A DNA stretch of 63,406 bases, counting the filler, from Hausera hauseri (taxonomy: Eukaryota): the NCBI GenBank assembly GCA_046269625.1. It is 11 parts of 11 records of this genome, joined end to end, with 100 filler letters (N's around TTAATTAATTAA, not from the genome) between each part and the next. Parts side by side here need not be neighbours in the genome. Positions count along the whole stretch, not along the records: positions 1 to 4,669 come from JBJURY010482132.1; positions 4,770 to 10,684 come from JBJURY010169085.1; positions 10,785 to 16,582 come from JBJURY010187526.1; 8 more parts are not named here. One strand, written 5' to 3'. The notes beneath the pieces were generated by a model. That model saw only the letters and a list, made by a program, of their open reading frames with translations, was not told the origin of the DNA and searched no databases. Within the stretch, counting starts at the first letter, position 1. Every line of letters starts with the position of its first letter. The translations under genes were made by a program, and so were the position numbers. This document shows positions 1 to 11,629 of the stretch, one piece after another.

Positions 1-662
1 TGTATAAGGGTTTTTCGATTATGAGGAATCGATTCCCGCTGTTAGATTTTTCGAATAATTGGATATTCAATATCCGAGCTCGAAAATATGCGAATTTCAA
101 ATATTTGACTCGAGATTTGAGATCACCACACTTGAATTCCTGTCTGCCTCTGCTAATTATAATATCGAATTTTCCTTTCTTAGGGCCTAAGAAACCTATG
201 TGGAGTCTGTCCCAGTTGCAATTTGGATCAATATTATTCGAAAACTAATCGATAAATTTAAATCCTAACTGCATATTCATATAGTGCACCATGTATGTGT
301 TCGAATGCACCTGGTCACATGACCTAATTATCAATATTGGAAATATCGGAAAACCGATATTATTGATTTTTGCACACTTGCACATAGGCTTCACACCTAC
401 CTTGTACGCTAATCGATGCGCACTTATGTGCATTATCGACTAGCACTTTGCTCCGATCGACTTGATCAATACTGCACTGTGTAGCGATCGATTTGTGAAA
501 TGTGCAAAAATGTGCTTAGCGACGGTGCCTAGCGGCACCGTCGCCTAGCACTCTGCCGATCGTCAGGGCACACTTTGCACTATCGATTATCACGTGTGCA
601 CTATCGATTTATCGACGCGTACATCTCCCCGGGAGGGGCCAGAATTCCCAATTTTCCCTACT
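1..662. repeat. Inserted repetitive element end (LTR- or TIR-like) truncating the Polinton integrase; GC-rich hairpin at 519-544
   Basis: Reverse complement of ~495-662 closely matches 39733-39892 (GATCGG.AGAGTGCTAG.CGACGGTGCCGCTAGGCACCGT.GCTA). Perfect 11-bp stem GCGACGGTGCC-TAGC-GGCACCGTCGC. Integrase homology stops abruptly at ~663. Confidence 0.7.
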
Positions 663-1091
663 GTGGGCGTTGTAGAATTCTTTACCCAAATCCGTCTGTA
701 TATACTTCGGCTGTTGTTTTTGTACCAGTGTCTAAACAGCATTGGTAATCTCTTTACCGTATTTCGATTTAACGGAAATTTAACGTGCAAAACGACTAAG
801 CATATCAACGCATGTCAGCATGTACCGATACCCATCGTTGATGCTGGAATACGGAATAATTTCCATTAGATCCATTTGATATACATTATTTACACTGGCA
901 GCACGGTTTGCACGAGTTGAAAACCGCCTTCTTATCAGTTTCTTTAGGCTGTAAGCTAACTGTTTCCCGAGCCAACGTTGGGTCTGTTGCCGAATCTGTT
1001 TGTCGACGCCAGTATACTCGACGTGATTACGTGGATCGAACCACACATCGCCAATTGGTGTTGTCGTCGATGGCGTCGGTTTTGCTTGCAT
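663..1091 (-). pseudogene. Polinton rve integrase (N-terminal/core part, disrupted and truncated)
   Basis: YQMDLMEI...GYRYMLTCVDMLSRFA, continuing past stops as ISVKSKYGKEITNAV*TLVQKQQPKYIQTDLGKEFYN (first two catalytic Asp motifs); the catalytic Glu region is missing. Confidence 0.9.
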
Positions 1092-1197
1092 TACAACAAT
1101 TAGAACGAAACGTTAATGAAAGATTCGGTAAACTGGGAAAGAAAGACGAACTCCATGCACCCATATCGCCAAATCATCATATACTTACCGTCATTGT

Positions 1198-1481
1198 TTA
1201 TACTAAACTGTTCCACCAATGAGTCCACCAGTAATGACGTGACAACCGGTGGAAATGCACCAAGGAATCCTCCGTCTTGCTGGTTGTAGTTGTTTACAAT
1301 TGTTGCCACAATGACGGTAATTTGCGTCTAGCTGATGCTTTTGTTGCTCGACGAAGCACAGAATTGATTAATCGCTTGACTGTAGCGGTTTGTTTTGATA
1401 CTCATTTCTTGCGGATATCTGCTTGGTAGGTTTACGTTTAACAATTGTTTTTCGGAAATTCTTCATTTTTATCATAATCAT
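1198..1481 (-). pseudogene. Small basic core protein of Polintons/adintoviruses (adenovirus pX-like), frameshifted
   Basis: K/R-rich N-terminal frames (RLINSVLRRATKASARRK) followed by NQQDGGFLGAFPPVVTSLLV. GG|F plus a hydrophobic tail resembles the pX/adenain-cleavage signature; lies between ATPase and integrase. Confidence 0.65.
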
Positions 1482-2134
1482 GTCGTCGATTTTCGAATTT
1501 GTTTATAGATACATACACCTTTCTGATTAAAAATGTCTGTTCGTACACGCATGTCATCGGGACACTATTGCGCAAAATCAATGAACAAGTATCTGTGTAG
1601 CTCGACCGTAGCATCATGACATGCATCTATCAAGTATGCTCAATTGTGAGGAAATACTTGTCGTGCAACATAATCAATGATAGTCCGATCACGGGGATTT
1701 TTGAACAACACCAAATAGTGTACATTTAGGTTTCTTGTTCGATGCTGTCTGCCCTGATGAAACATGTTTTGCGTAATGAAAATAACCGTCATACCACGGA
1801 GACGTGCAATCTTCGTGAACAGGTTGTTGAAGTCGGTTGGTTTCGTTGCCTCTTGAAATAAATCGTCACTGACAATAACGTCACCGTTGCGTAACCTCTC
1901 AGACCAGTTTTTATAAAACCCATCAATTACCGTTACCGATTTCAGTTTACAAAATTCTATATGTGTCAAACCGGACTCTCCATCATCACCATTGCCTTGA
2001 TGCCAGTAAATGTGATTGAACAGCGGCGATTGCAATATGTCACAGTAATTCTGCAGCAATTTGCAAACAAAGTGCGTTTTGCCACTTCCACTGGGGCCTA
2101 CAATCTGGAAAATTGCACTATTCTGCAGCTTCAT
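1478..2134 (-). pseudogene. A32/FtsK-like genome-packaging ATPase (two in-frame stops near the C-terminus)
   Basis: Walker A GPSGSGKT; Walker B VIVSDD; ITQNMF; RNLNVHYLVLFKNPRD; reads through stops into AYLIDACHDAT...YLFIDF...RVRTDIF. Confidence 0.93.
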
Positions 2135-2151
2135 GTCGTTGGTGATTCATT

Positions 2152-2191
2152 TCTTATATATTTTGTTTATAATCACACACATATATAAATA
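2152..2191. promoter_or_regulatory. Divergent TATA boxes between the ATPase and TBP-like genes
   Basis: TATATAAATA at 2182-2191 on + and ATATATAAGAA on - at ~2151-2161, each close upstream of an ATG. Confidence 0.5.
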
Positions 2192-2221
2192 GGTGAAGCA
2201 TGAACACTGTTTCAGTCAATC

Positions 2222-2673
2222 ATGGTAGCCAATATCAGTTATCGCGGACATGTTACTGAATGTATTAATGTACTGCCGCTTAATCAATGGAAGCCAAGGC
2301 AGTATATCCACAAATGTTCACCGGATATTACATGCATCATATTTCCATCTGAAAAGTGTCGTATTATGGGTTGTCGCAAACCAATCACAAATGATAGACA
2401 TTTACCATTCGGAATTGTCATTGACCAAATTCAATCAATAACGGTAGCGTCTCAGTTAGATTGCTCACCACCATCAATTAATCTGCACAAATTAGCAATG
2501 GCCAATGAAGTATTTATGAGCCTGAACTGTTTCCTGCACTGCGACTAACACAATTCGGCCAGATTTTTGTCAATGTGTTTAGCAGTGGAAAAATTGTCGT
2601 ATTGGGTATTCGGTCAATCAACTATGAGACGACTATTAATCAAATTAAACACCACATAAGTGTTTTTTGCTGA
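2222..2673 (+). pseudogene. TATA-binding-protein-like gene (two TBP repeats), one frameshift near 2510
   Basis: Repeat 1: VANISYRG...ITCIIFPSEKCRIMGCR. Repeat 2, in a shifted frame from 2515: YEPELFPALRLTQFGQIFVNVFSSGKIVVLGIR, matching TBP YEPELFPGL...LLIFVSGKVVLTG. Confidence 0.8.
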
Positions 2674-2741
2674 ATCAAAGTAATATACTCTGGCCAGTGG
2701 ACAATAAATACCATTCTCATATTCGTTCAGATATTAGTACG

Positions 2742-3530
2742 ATGGAAAACGAGGATAAAACGATTCTGCTCAATAATACTTCTGACGATGACGAAAGTAC
2801 AGATTGGTAATGGCTGTTTGATGCCAAGAATGACAAAATCAACTATCTGGAACCGAAACCGGTCCAACAATTAGTAAAACCGATACTAAAGCGGCAAGGG
2901 AGAATTATTGGTGGTAAACGCATGCCAGACGAAGATACAGCGATAATACTCAATGATGTTGATGGTGATGATGAAAGTTGCGATTTGTCACGAGTGCTTG
3001 GTTACTACATTTTTAATGTCAACTATCTGGAACCGAAAATAGAACCTCTCCAACTATTAGAAAAGCCTAATTTAAAACGACAAGCGCGAATGACTAATGG
3101 AATACAGAAACGAAAATTAAAGCCCATGCATAAAACACCCACATTTTTACCGACGCGACGTTTTCGAAGGTATGAAATGCATTATCTGCAAACGCCAGTA
3201 CAGATTTCGTTGAATGATCCGGTGTTGTTGACCACACTCAAGTACAGTTATCGTGTAAAGCAGCTATCGAGTGAAAATGTTGCGAAACTTGGTGATGCTT
3301 TAAGTCAATTAAACATGGACTTAAAGTTGAACGAAACAACCTTACAGCAGCAATATATCGTTTTACCGGCCGCAAAATCTAAATTGATTGATTTTATCGG
3401 CCGTGAAATGTCTAATGTGCCAGATGACTTAAAGTGTCGATTCAACATTGAATTGCAGCGATACAAAGAAAAGGACGGTGTCAAGAGCCTGATTTGGCGT
3501 TTATTCGAAGCATTTTTTGATTATCAATAA
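2742..3530 (+). pseudogene. Hypothetical Polinton protein with a duplicated acidic/basic N-terminal unit (one premature stop ~2808)
   Basis: The ATG at 2742 is in frame with ORF 2922-3530. Two copies of ED..I.LN...DDES...NYLEPK...KP.LKRQ.R; AATAAA overlaps the stop. Confidence 0.55.
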
Positions 3531-3586
3531 ATGTTGTTGTTTTAATTTTCTTCTTCTTCTACAATGAGTATAAATATACATGTGTA

Positions 3587-4078
3587 ATGGACTTTTCATT
3601 AATAATGATAATGAATGATGTACAGATTATCTTAACAGATGAAAATACCTCTGTACTTAGACGTGTTACAGCAAAAAGTGCAGGCCACCATGTGTTTTCC
3701 AATGTCAATTCGACAATTTTGGACAGCAAAATCAAATGTATAACGACCGGGATTCGATTGACGAATCCACCCTGTTACTACGGCCAACTGTTATTGAAAA
3801 GCGGATTGGCAAAGCTCGGACTGACGGTTGTGGGCCGCGGCGTCATTGATTCAGACTTTCGTGGTGAAATTATGGTGTTGCTGGAAAATCAATCCGGGGA
3901 AACGTGTGCTATTTTGAAAGGCAATGCAATCACACAAATTGTTTTTCTTCGCTGTGAAGAGGGGGAATTCAGTGTAATGTCACCGGAACAATGGTATTGT
4001 TTTGTGTCAATGAAACTACACGAAATGAATGCAAAGAATTTGGCTTTGGTGATATGGACAAAACCGACTATGAATTAA
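3587..4078 (+). pseudogene. Trimeric dUTPase (C-terminal motif V frameshifted)
   Basis: TTGIRL, LLLKSGLA (motif II), GVIDSDFRGEI (motif III), ITQIVF (motif IV); TTRNECKEFGFG lies in another frame; TATAAATA at 3569. Confidence 0.88.
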
Positions 4079-4158
4079 TGATTTGTGATGATAATAATAC
4101 TAATAGTTAGTTGTTTTGCTTGTGTTATAAACAAAAATGATTTTGTCCATGATAAGTA

Positions 4159-4646
4159 ATGGCGACAGGATTTATAGATATTGAAACTTTCCGAGATGAT
4201 AATGCCAGATACCTGATAAAGGAGTTATGCATTATGGACGTCGGTAACATTTTCAAACCGCTTGTGTAAGTATTCAAACCCGCCGTTATGTGGAATCAGT
4301 TGACAGAAAAGGCGAAAATTACCAATGGGTATCTTATACGACGTCGTCATGGACTTTTTTTGCACGAAGGCAATTCAGCGTTTTGCGTATCATGTATCAT
4401 GAGATACACTTGTGATCGTTTTGGCATTGTAAATACAATATTTTACATTAAAGATCAAATTAGCGGACAAAAGTTTACACAACTACATTCACAGTTTCCG
4501 AGTTGCGAATGACGACGTATTCAATATCGAACAGCTCGCTGGCGATGGTACCTAACAATACTAGATGTCTGTATCGTGATCATGGACCGCATTGTGTTTA
4601 CAAAAAATGTCTACGGCTTTATATTGACTATATTTCATGCAAATAA
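4159..4646 (+). pseudogene. DEDD-like (DnaQ/RNase H fold) nuclease with C-terminal C-H-HC-C Zn motif, Polinton accessory gene
   Basis: GFIDIETF...LIKELCIMD (ExoI-like DxE); TNGYLIRRRHGL; C-terminus CLYRDHGPHCVYKKCL; one stop and one frameshift; homologous to 33093-33428. Confidence 0.65.
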
Positions 4647-4669
4647 ATAAATGTATTTCTCTGTTTCTT

Positions 4670-4769
4670 NNNNNNNNNNNNNNNNNNNNNNNNNNNNNNN
4701 NNNNNNNNNNNNNTTAATTAATTAANNNNNNNNNNNNNNNNNNNNNNNNNNNNNNNNNNNNNNNNNNNN
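4670..4769. other. Artificial contig spacer
   Basis: N44-TTAATTAATTAA-N44 (stops in all six frames). Confidence 0.99.
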
Positions 4770-4905
4770 ATCTTATAGATGGGGGTGTTACAGAGTGTGG
4801 CCCTCAACAAAGAAGGTCAGGATTAACACACTGATCAAGACCTCATGTTACGCCCCCGTGTGACGCCTGAAAACAGAATTAGTTTATGGCTGATAGCGTG
4901 AGAAT

Positions 4906-5172
4906 GGAGCCGCTACAACGTAGTGGTCAGTGCTCTCGTTCTCGATCGTGTGGTCGGGGGTTCAATCCTAGCTTGAATTTTTCTTATTAAAACGGCTCTG
5001 GAGTCCACCCAGCCTTAAGAAAGGGAAATTATCTAGGACAGTAAAGGTGGCCTGGCGTTATGCTGACCACACATCCAATGTCATGCCGTTAGTCTATTAT
5101 GTGGACACTAACCCCATGTTCTCTTATACGTCTTTAAGGCGTGAATGGGGTTCCTTTACTTATTAGTTAGTT
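4906..5172 (+). repeat. tRNA-derived SINE, degraded
   Basis: A-box-like TAGTGGTCAG, B-box GGTTCAATCC, body GAGTCCACCCAGCC...GTAAAGGTGGCCTGGCGTTATGCTGACC, simple TTA/TTAG tail; related copy at ~9911. Confidence 0.55.
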
Positions 5173-8100
5173 ATAGCTTGAGAATCGTCTGGTCGCAGCA
5201 GGCTGTAGAACCAAGAATAAGAAACCTGCCCATGCAGCATTGTCTGGAGGAGCCTCTTTGATTACACCTGTCTAATGGAATGTGGTGATTCTCGTAAACC
5301 AATTTCCCCATGGTCAATGGGATACAACCAAGAGTATTTGGAGACCAACGCAGTTATCTCACCACAGGAAGACAATTACACTCGTTCAAAGTAGCCGTTC
5401 ACAGCACTCCAAAAACCCTCTTTTGTATCTCAAAAATATGGCAGACCCCTTATCCATGTGCGCCACAAAACATGTAAATATTTTTTTTAATAAAAAAAAG
5501 GCGTGGTATATTACTGCGTCGCGAGAAAAATTGAGTTACATCGCATAATGTTCAAGTTATTACTGTTTCGAGAGAAGAAAACAAAATTACCCCACAATCT
5601 TGTTATGCCATTGGTAACGTTAGAGATAATTCTGACCCTAAACATTCACCATCCGTCAAAGGTGAACGAAAGTCCGGTTACTCTGACTATCAAGTTTCCT
5701 GTGTGCACTATCTCGAGAAGATGACGATTTGTGTATTCACGGGTCACTCACAGCCTGCTAACATTTGCTTTTCACTGAAAAAGATAAAAGTGCTAACTGG
5801 TGAACGATGCCATTAACACTGACCGATCTCAACACTACTGACTACCAAAACTAGTAAAAATATATTTCGTCCAAACTGCTGCCTGCTGAAATCAATTTAA
5901 ACAATGCTGTTTGTATACAACCTTTCGAAAGTCAATTGTTTATTCTTCATCTTTTTTTTCTCTCGTTCGCTTGAAACACCTTTATATCTTCACTGTTGTT
6001 TGCAGCTCACACAGACTGTCGTATAGTTTAGTCCCTAATGATGTTTTAAATTGCTTATTAATGCTAACGCAATTAGCTGGATGTGTTAAACCAAAGCGCC
6101 ACCAGTAATACGCAAATGATTAAAACCAGTAATTACTGCATTGTGTTCAGGCTAGAGATGCATGATAGGTTAACGTTGGCCTAGCAGCATTATTAAGTTT
6201 ATATATTGCATATTCTTATGCCCCTCATAAGGTAGCGAAATTTAATAGACGCTCTTGGGAGCATTAGTTCCAGCGTTACCACTCAAAAACCGATCCAGTA
6301 TCGTAAAATTAATGTGCATCATGCAATGTGATCATCGCGATCCTGAAATGGACGAGTACTACAACAGCCGAAATATAATATGGTGAATATATAATCATAA
6401 CTTAGCTAAATGCGCATACTAGTTCGGCATAATGTACATACAAAAGTTCGCGATCAGATGCAGTCGCAGACAGCTGTACATATCAGCGTGAGTGCTACTG
6501 TGATGACTTTACTGCATCATGACGATTAGGAGTACCTTTCCGACATACGGAATCCATATATGCACTGATAAATGCATACATTGCTAAATGTGCTACAATT
6601 TCAGTTTGAGAAGCCCGTAAATACAGTGTTAAGATAATGTTGCATGCAACGTACTTACTCATCCACTTTAGTATTTCCATCGGTACTGTTTTCCAACAGC
6701 AACATCACAGCCGCCGTCGTCACCACCTTCGGAAATTTCCACATTGCTAGTTACAGCTCCAACAAAACCAATGTAAGTTATTAGTTTCAACTGACTTATT
6801 CAGTCACGGTCATTTATGTTGGTATGAAGTAATTGTTTGGATCACTGTAACTATCATCATACAATTCCTTATAAAAAAAACTAAGTGCTTCTATAAATCT
6901 ATTCTGAATCTCTGTGATGTCTTATACTTACTATTGGCTCACGTTCACGTATTCAACGAAGCCGTTATCTAATAATATTCTTTTTATACCATTATGTCTT
7001 CTGCTATGCATAAATACAGGTTGTCCGTACATTAACTTTCCGATTTCAGTCTCAGATTACTCTCTTTTTCTTTGTCTGTCTGTCTTCATTTCTTTTCCAC
7101 GGCCGCTGCACCATGTTTAGTAAATTAGCACTCATAGAATATTATGCTTGTATGGTAGCCTATGAAAAGCTCATTGTTAATTTTCATCATGCCATTTTCA
7201 GGTGCTGTTTCAGCCAGTCTTTTATTAGCTCTGTCAGTGCCTCTGACCTAGACATGTCCTTTTTATGGCAGATATTTGTTTCTATGGTTATCTTTACAAT
7301 ATAATATGTTATAAGATTCTTGCATTTGATTATTTCACGAGTACTGAGCAGATCACAGAGCTTCCCATTTAGGGTTCAGGCTCATATGTTGTTCAGTGGT
7401 TTATGTACGCCTGAACATGGTATTCAGTAATGCCCGACACCCATTTAGCGTCCAGGTACCAAATAGCCGTTTCCGGCACAGACTAAGAACCTTCCGTCTG
7501 AACCTGCCATTCAGTAGGATAGGAACAATCAGTACGATCGGCCTAAAGACGCGTCTGTCTGCTGGAATGTAGCAAGAATCAGCACAGCCCTGTCTGTTCC
7601 TGACGGGGAGCACCACGAGCCCACGACAGAATCTGTGAAGGTAGGATTGTCTGGGCTGACACACCTAGAAACTCCAGCCTTTACTCCCTTACATTTCCAG
7701 TGATTCAGTTTTACGAAGACTATTTTAATAACGTATAACAATTAGAAGTGTGAAGTAATTCGCCACAAACGACAATCATGTGTTCTTTATATGTGCAGAT
7801 ATGGCTTATAGTCTCTCTCATTCCAACTGCCCCATGCATCGTTTGGAACACAGATCTGACATACAACGCAGTTGTGGATCAAGCGAAAGCTAGAAACGTG
7901 AGTAATACTCGCTCCAGCTACTTACCTCTAAACTATCTTCTTCCTCTTCTTCTTTTGTCGTCTAAACGTCATCATTCAGTGTCGTGCTTTAATTTACGTC
8001 TCGTGGGTTATACATTTAAGCCAATATTTTTATCTGTCTTAGTCGTTAGATCATCATCACTGCACAGGGGACAAGTCAATAGATGTTCCTTTTCCTCCTC

Positions 8101-9910
8101 AGTATATTCGCCATCACGCCATGACTAACAGTTCCTGTTCCATCTTTCATACCAGCACACTGCTTCAATCCAAGACCGCAGTCGTGACGTGGGTACCCCT
8201 AGTATTCTACTTCAAGAATTAAGTAGCATATATTATCTGGGTTTGACTATATCGCCACCAAGATGACCTAACCAACCATTCATTAATGCTATGGTAGTAG
8301 TTTTTTGTTTTAAACTTGCACAGCAGGGCGGGATTTGTAACTAAATTTTCTCCCATCAGCGTATTTTTAAAAATTTGTTTCGTAATATTCGTCAATCTTT
8401 TTGCGCAGTGCATTTCAATCCGATTTTTAAAAAAATCCATCTTGACCGTTCATTTTAGACTTTGGAAAACTGAATGTTGGAATGAACCAAGTGTTGTAAC
8501 AACTGTCACATTAATGAAAGGATGCTTAAGGAGTGGAGCTATCTAGCAGTCAGCACATTCTGAGTTGCAGCATCATGGGTGGAAAACGAATTGCCTTGAT
8601 ATTTAACACAGATGTCTACGTTTTCCTATCTTGAATTGTACCTTGAAGAACAAATGTATAAATAACACTAACAACGGTTTTGCATACTAGTTTTATCTCT
8701 TGGAAGGAAGCCGAACAGCATTGAACCCACTCACAACATGATGATTTTAATCATCCATGCGAAATTTTTTATATGGTTTGGAAACTTAAGAATAAATCTA
8801 AGGAGGGTATCTTTAAAAAAAATGTCTTCAACGCGGCATTTTAAAGTGTAAAACTGCCTTCAGTAGGGCTCTTTTAAACTGTTTTCAAAGAACAACATGA
8901 TACCGAACCTAAAGGCAGTCTAATTTATCTTCTATTTCCGGCCCCGGTGTCCATCATCATTGTTGTTGTTGTTCGATCGCCACATCAGCGAGCGAGCTAC
9001 CCTCCTCCACTGTCCTTCTTACAACTAAAACAACTCTTCTCATGGCTCATCCAGAAGAACTGACGCTCGTTGACGTGGAGATGGAACGATATATGTTAAC
9101 ATTAGGCGTCATGTCTGAGTACACTACATTCTATATATACCTCACGCTGTATTGATATTTCTTTACATGAAATTGCCATCAGGGTACCACTTTTGAAAGT
9201 CTGTCTCGGGTAAGTCTAGATGCAACTGGCTCACCTTTATCTGTCGAGGAAGCACAGGCTGTGAGAGAATCCCATATAATTGCAGGATTTGGATGTCGCA
9301 ATAAAGAAATTATAAATGCAGTTCCATCTTCTGGTAAGTATGTCACCTTTTAGATTTGTGCACTTTTTAACTACCATACACAGCTTTCCGGATATTCCCA
9401 CATTTGTCCGATTGGCGTCTATAGCAACCGCCGAAGCGCTCTCCTACTCAGAGACAGTATTACTCATTCACTGTTGGGGCCTTTTCGCCTTCTGATTTTA
9501 TACTTTAGTTCATCTCCTCTTATCTTGTCTCTGTTTCTCACTTATGTATATACACTCGCACTGTGTTTTATTTGTCAGTCTTATCCTAAGAACACCTCTT
9601 TGAGAAAGGAGGCACCATATTTGCCATGTCCGTGGTCAATGTACCTTCTGAAATAGCTTTTCTTGTCAACCTTTCTGTCTTTTCATCACTTTCCTGTACT
9701 GCATAACCCCGAAAGCATATCCATATAACAGTTTCAAGCGAGTGTAGTATACACGTCAGTTACTTAGGGTTACCAAACATCTCATGCCATTTCAGTTAAT
9801 GTAACGGTCCCCCGCTTGTTCTCTTTGCTTTTCGTTTTAATGTTCCCATGGGTTTCTCCACGGGTGTTTGCCTGCCTTGTAGAGGTAAGAATGTGCTTTT
9901 AATATCTAAT

Positions 9911-10090
9911 GGGTGCGAGATGAGTCGAATGTAAGGGCAAACGGTCTGTGAAGGCGGATATCTAGGATTTAAAATCCGGACCCGTGCATCCTAGTTCACT
10001 CAGCTATAGATGAGTACCGCATAATTTTCTCTGGGAAATCACAGGCGGCCAGGCGTAATGCCGGCCCAGCCTTTATTGTGCTGTTTCGCA
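9911..10090 (+). repeat. Second, more diverged SINE copy
   Basis: GTTCACTCAGCTATAGATGAGTACC...AGGCGGCCAGGCGTAATGCCGGCC parallels the body of the 4906 copy. Confidence 0.45.
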
Positions 10091-10684
10091 GCAAACATAT
10101 GGCAATTAATATAACATGAATATTACTTGGAGAAATCATAAATTACTGCTATAGCTTCACTGTCAGGTCTAGAGCTGTCCACTTTATTAAGTTGGTTTCT
10201 GAACCTTCTCATTGATTTTATTTGTACCATTCCCTTTCATGTTACTTTTTCTGCGCTCTAATGTGAGAGATGGGGACGGAGATGCTGTGTTGGCAGTGAG
10301 TCATAACCGACCCTGATACACAGCGCCAAGGCAGACGAATCATAGACAGCCACGATCATCTACAAACGCCTCCGTCATCGTGCCCAGGCAACAGTAGAGA
10401 AACATGCCGGCTAACGGGCGGAGGATCGGGATGGTCCCCAGTTGAGTGGTGGATCACTTCCAGGCGGCCAAATCTGGAGGACCTTGGTCCGCCTACTAGA
10501 CACCACCGTGGCAGCAGAAAGCTCAGCTATCCTTCACAATATTCCTTCTTAGGACTGCAACATCCTTTCTCAAAGCTCATCGAGAAGAGCTGACGCCGGG
10601 TGAATGTGGAGGTCAAAAATAACAACAAAACTAAACAGATATAAAATTAACACTTTTTTCTGTAAAATCAATATCTGATAATTA

Positions 10685-10784
10685 NNNNNNNNNNNNNNNN
10701 NNNNNNNNNNNNNNNNNNNNNNNNNNNNTTAATTAATTAANNNNNNNNNNNNNNNNNNNNNNNNNNNNNNNNNNNNNNNNNNNN
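10685..10784. other. Artificial contig spacer
   Basis: N44-TTAATTAATTAA-N44. Confidence 0.99.
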
Positions 10785-11629
10785 TTGTCATTGATCAGAA
10801 GCTATGTGGTCAGCATAAAGCAGTAGATACAGTAAATAAAATATAATTACATTTAGAGAATATAAAGCCAGAAAAAAAAATCAGATTTATTGAAGGATCA
10901 AAAGAGGGCAAATGTTTATAATGAAAATGGGAAATTTAACAACTGAAACTGAAAACAAAAATGAAATTACTCATCAATGATATATACATATGACTGACTT
11001 TATTCATGGAGTCTTACTGGGAATAAAAGAGACCAGCATCACATTTCATCACATGTCATAACCATTAGGTATTCATGAAGTACACAGAATATAAGTATGA
11101 ATGATGCATTTTAACTCCCTCAGAAATGAGGAATGAAAGACAAAGAGTATTTCTAACAAGCAAAATATTACAGTCTAAATATGCATTTTATATTTTTTAT
11201 ATAAGTTGTATTATGCACTTATTTTGTCCACTTCTGTCTATACCCTTACTCGCATTTGCGTAGGAAAAGCCAACATTGTTGCGTTTTCGATACTTAAGGT
11301 AACTTTAAAAATTTGAACAAAATAAGTGAGATGGTTGTCAGGTACTTTCCCTGACAACTACATCTATTCAAACATATAGTGGCAGAAAAAAGGAACCTGC
11401 CGCAATGTTTGTTTAAAATGCTGGAAAGAATTTTGACCTTACGGCTCTTGAACGTAATTCCCCCGAAACATAAACACCAATTTTGATACAAACCATTTTG
11501 GGAAATTTAGAATTCCTACTTTTGCCCATTAGTCCGAGTTTTAACCGCCATAACACATATAGTTACAGATGATTATCATCACAGCCATTCACCATTCAAA
11601 AGGAAAAAAGTACCAAAGGCAAGAATAAT

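Larger units (their letters stand above)
663..4669. mobile_element. Polinton/Maverick (adintovirus-like) endogenous virus fragment, decayed
   Basis: Retroviral-type integrase, QxGGFL core-protein gene and A32/FtsK-type ATPase in tandem, followed by compact accessory genes; many stops and frameshifts. Confidence 0.9.

Noticed and set aside
4670-4769. Recurring TTAATTAATTAA palindrome and ORFs ending in XXXLIN
   Set aside because: Artificial six-frame-stop linker; ORFs crossing it are artefacts.
5200-9900. Numerous 60-116 aa ORFs in contig 2, and antisense ORFs over real genes elsewhere
   Set aside because: No motifs; consistent with chance ORFs or shadows of opposite-strand coding sequence.
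10310-10620. GC-rich patch resembling the end of a non-LTR element
   Set aside because: No diagnostic motif recognisable in any frame.
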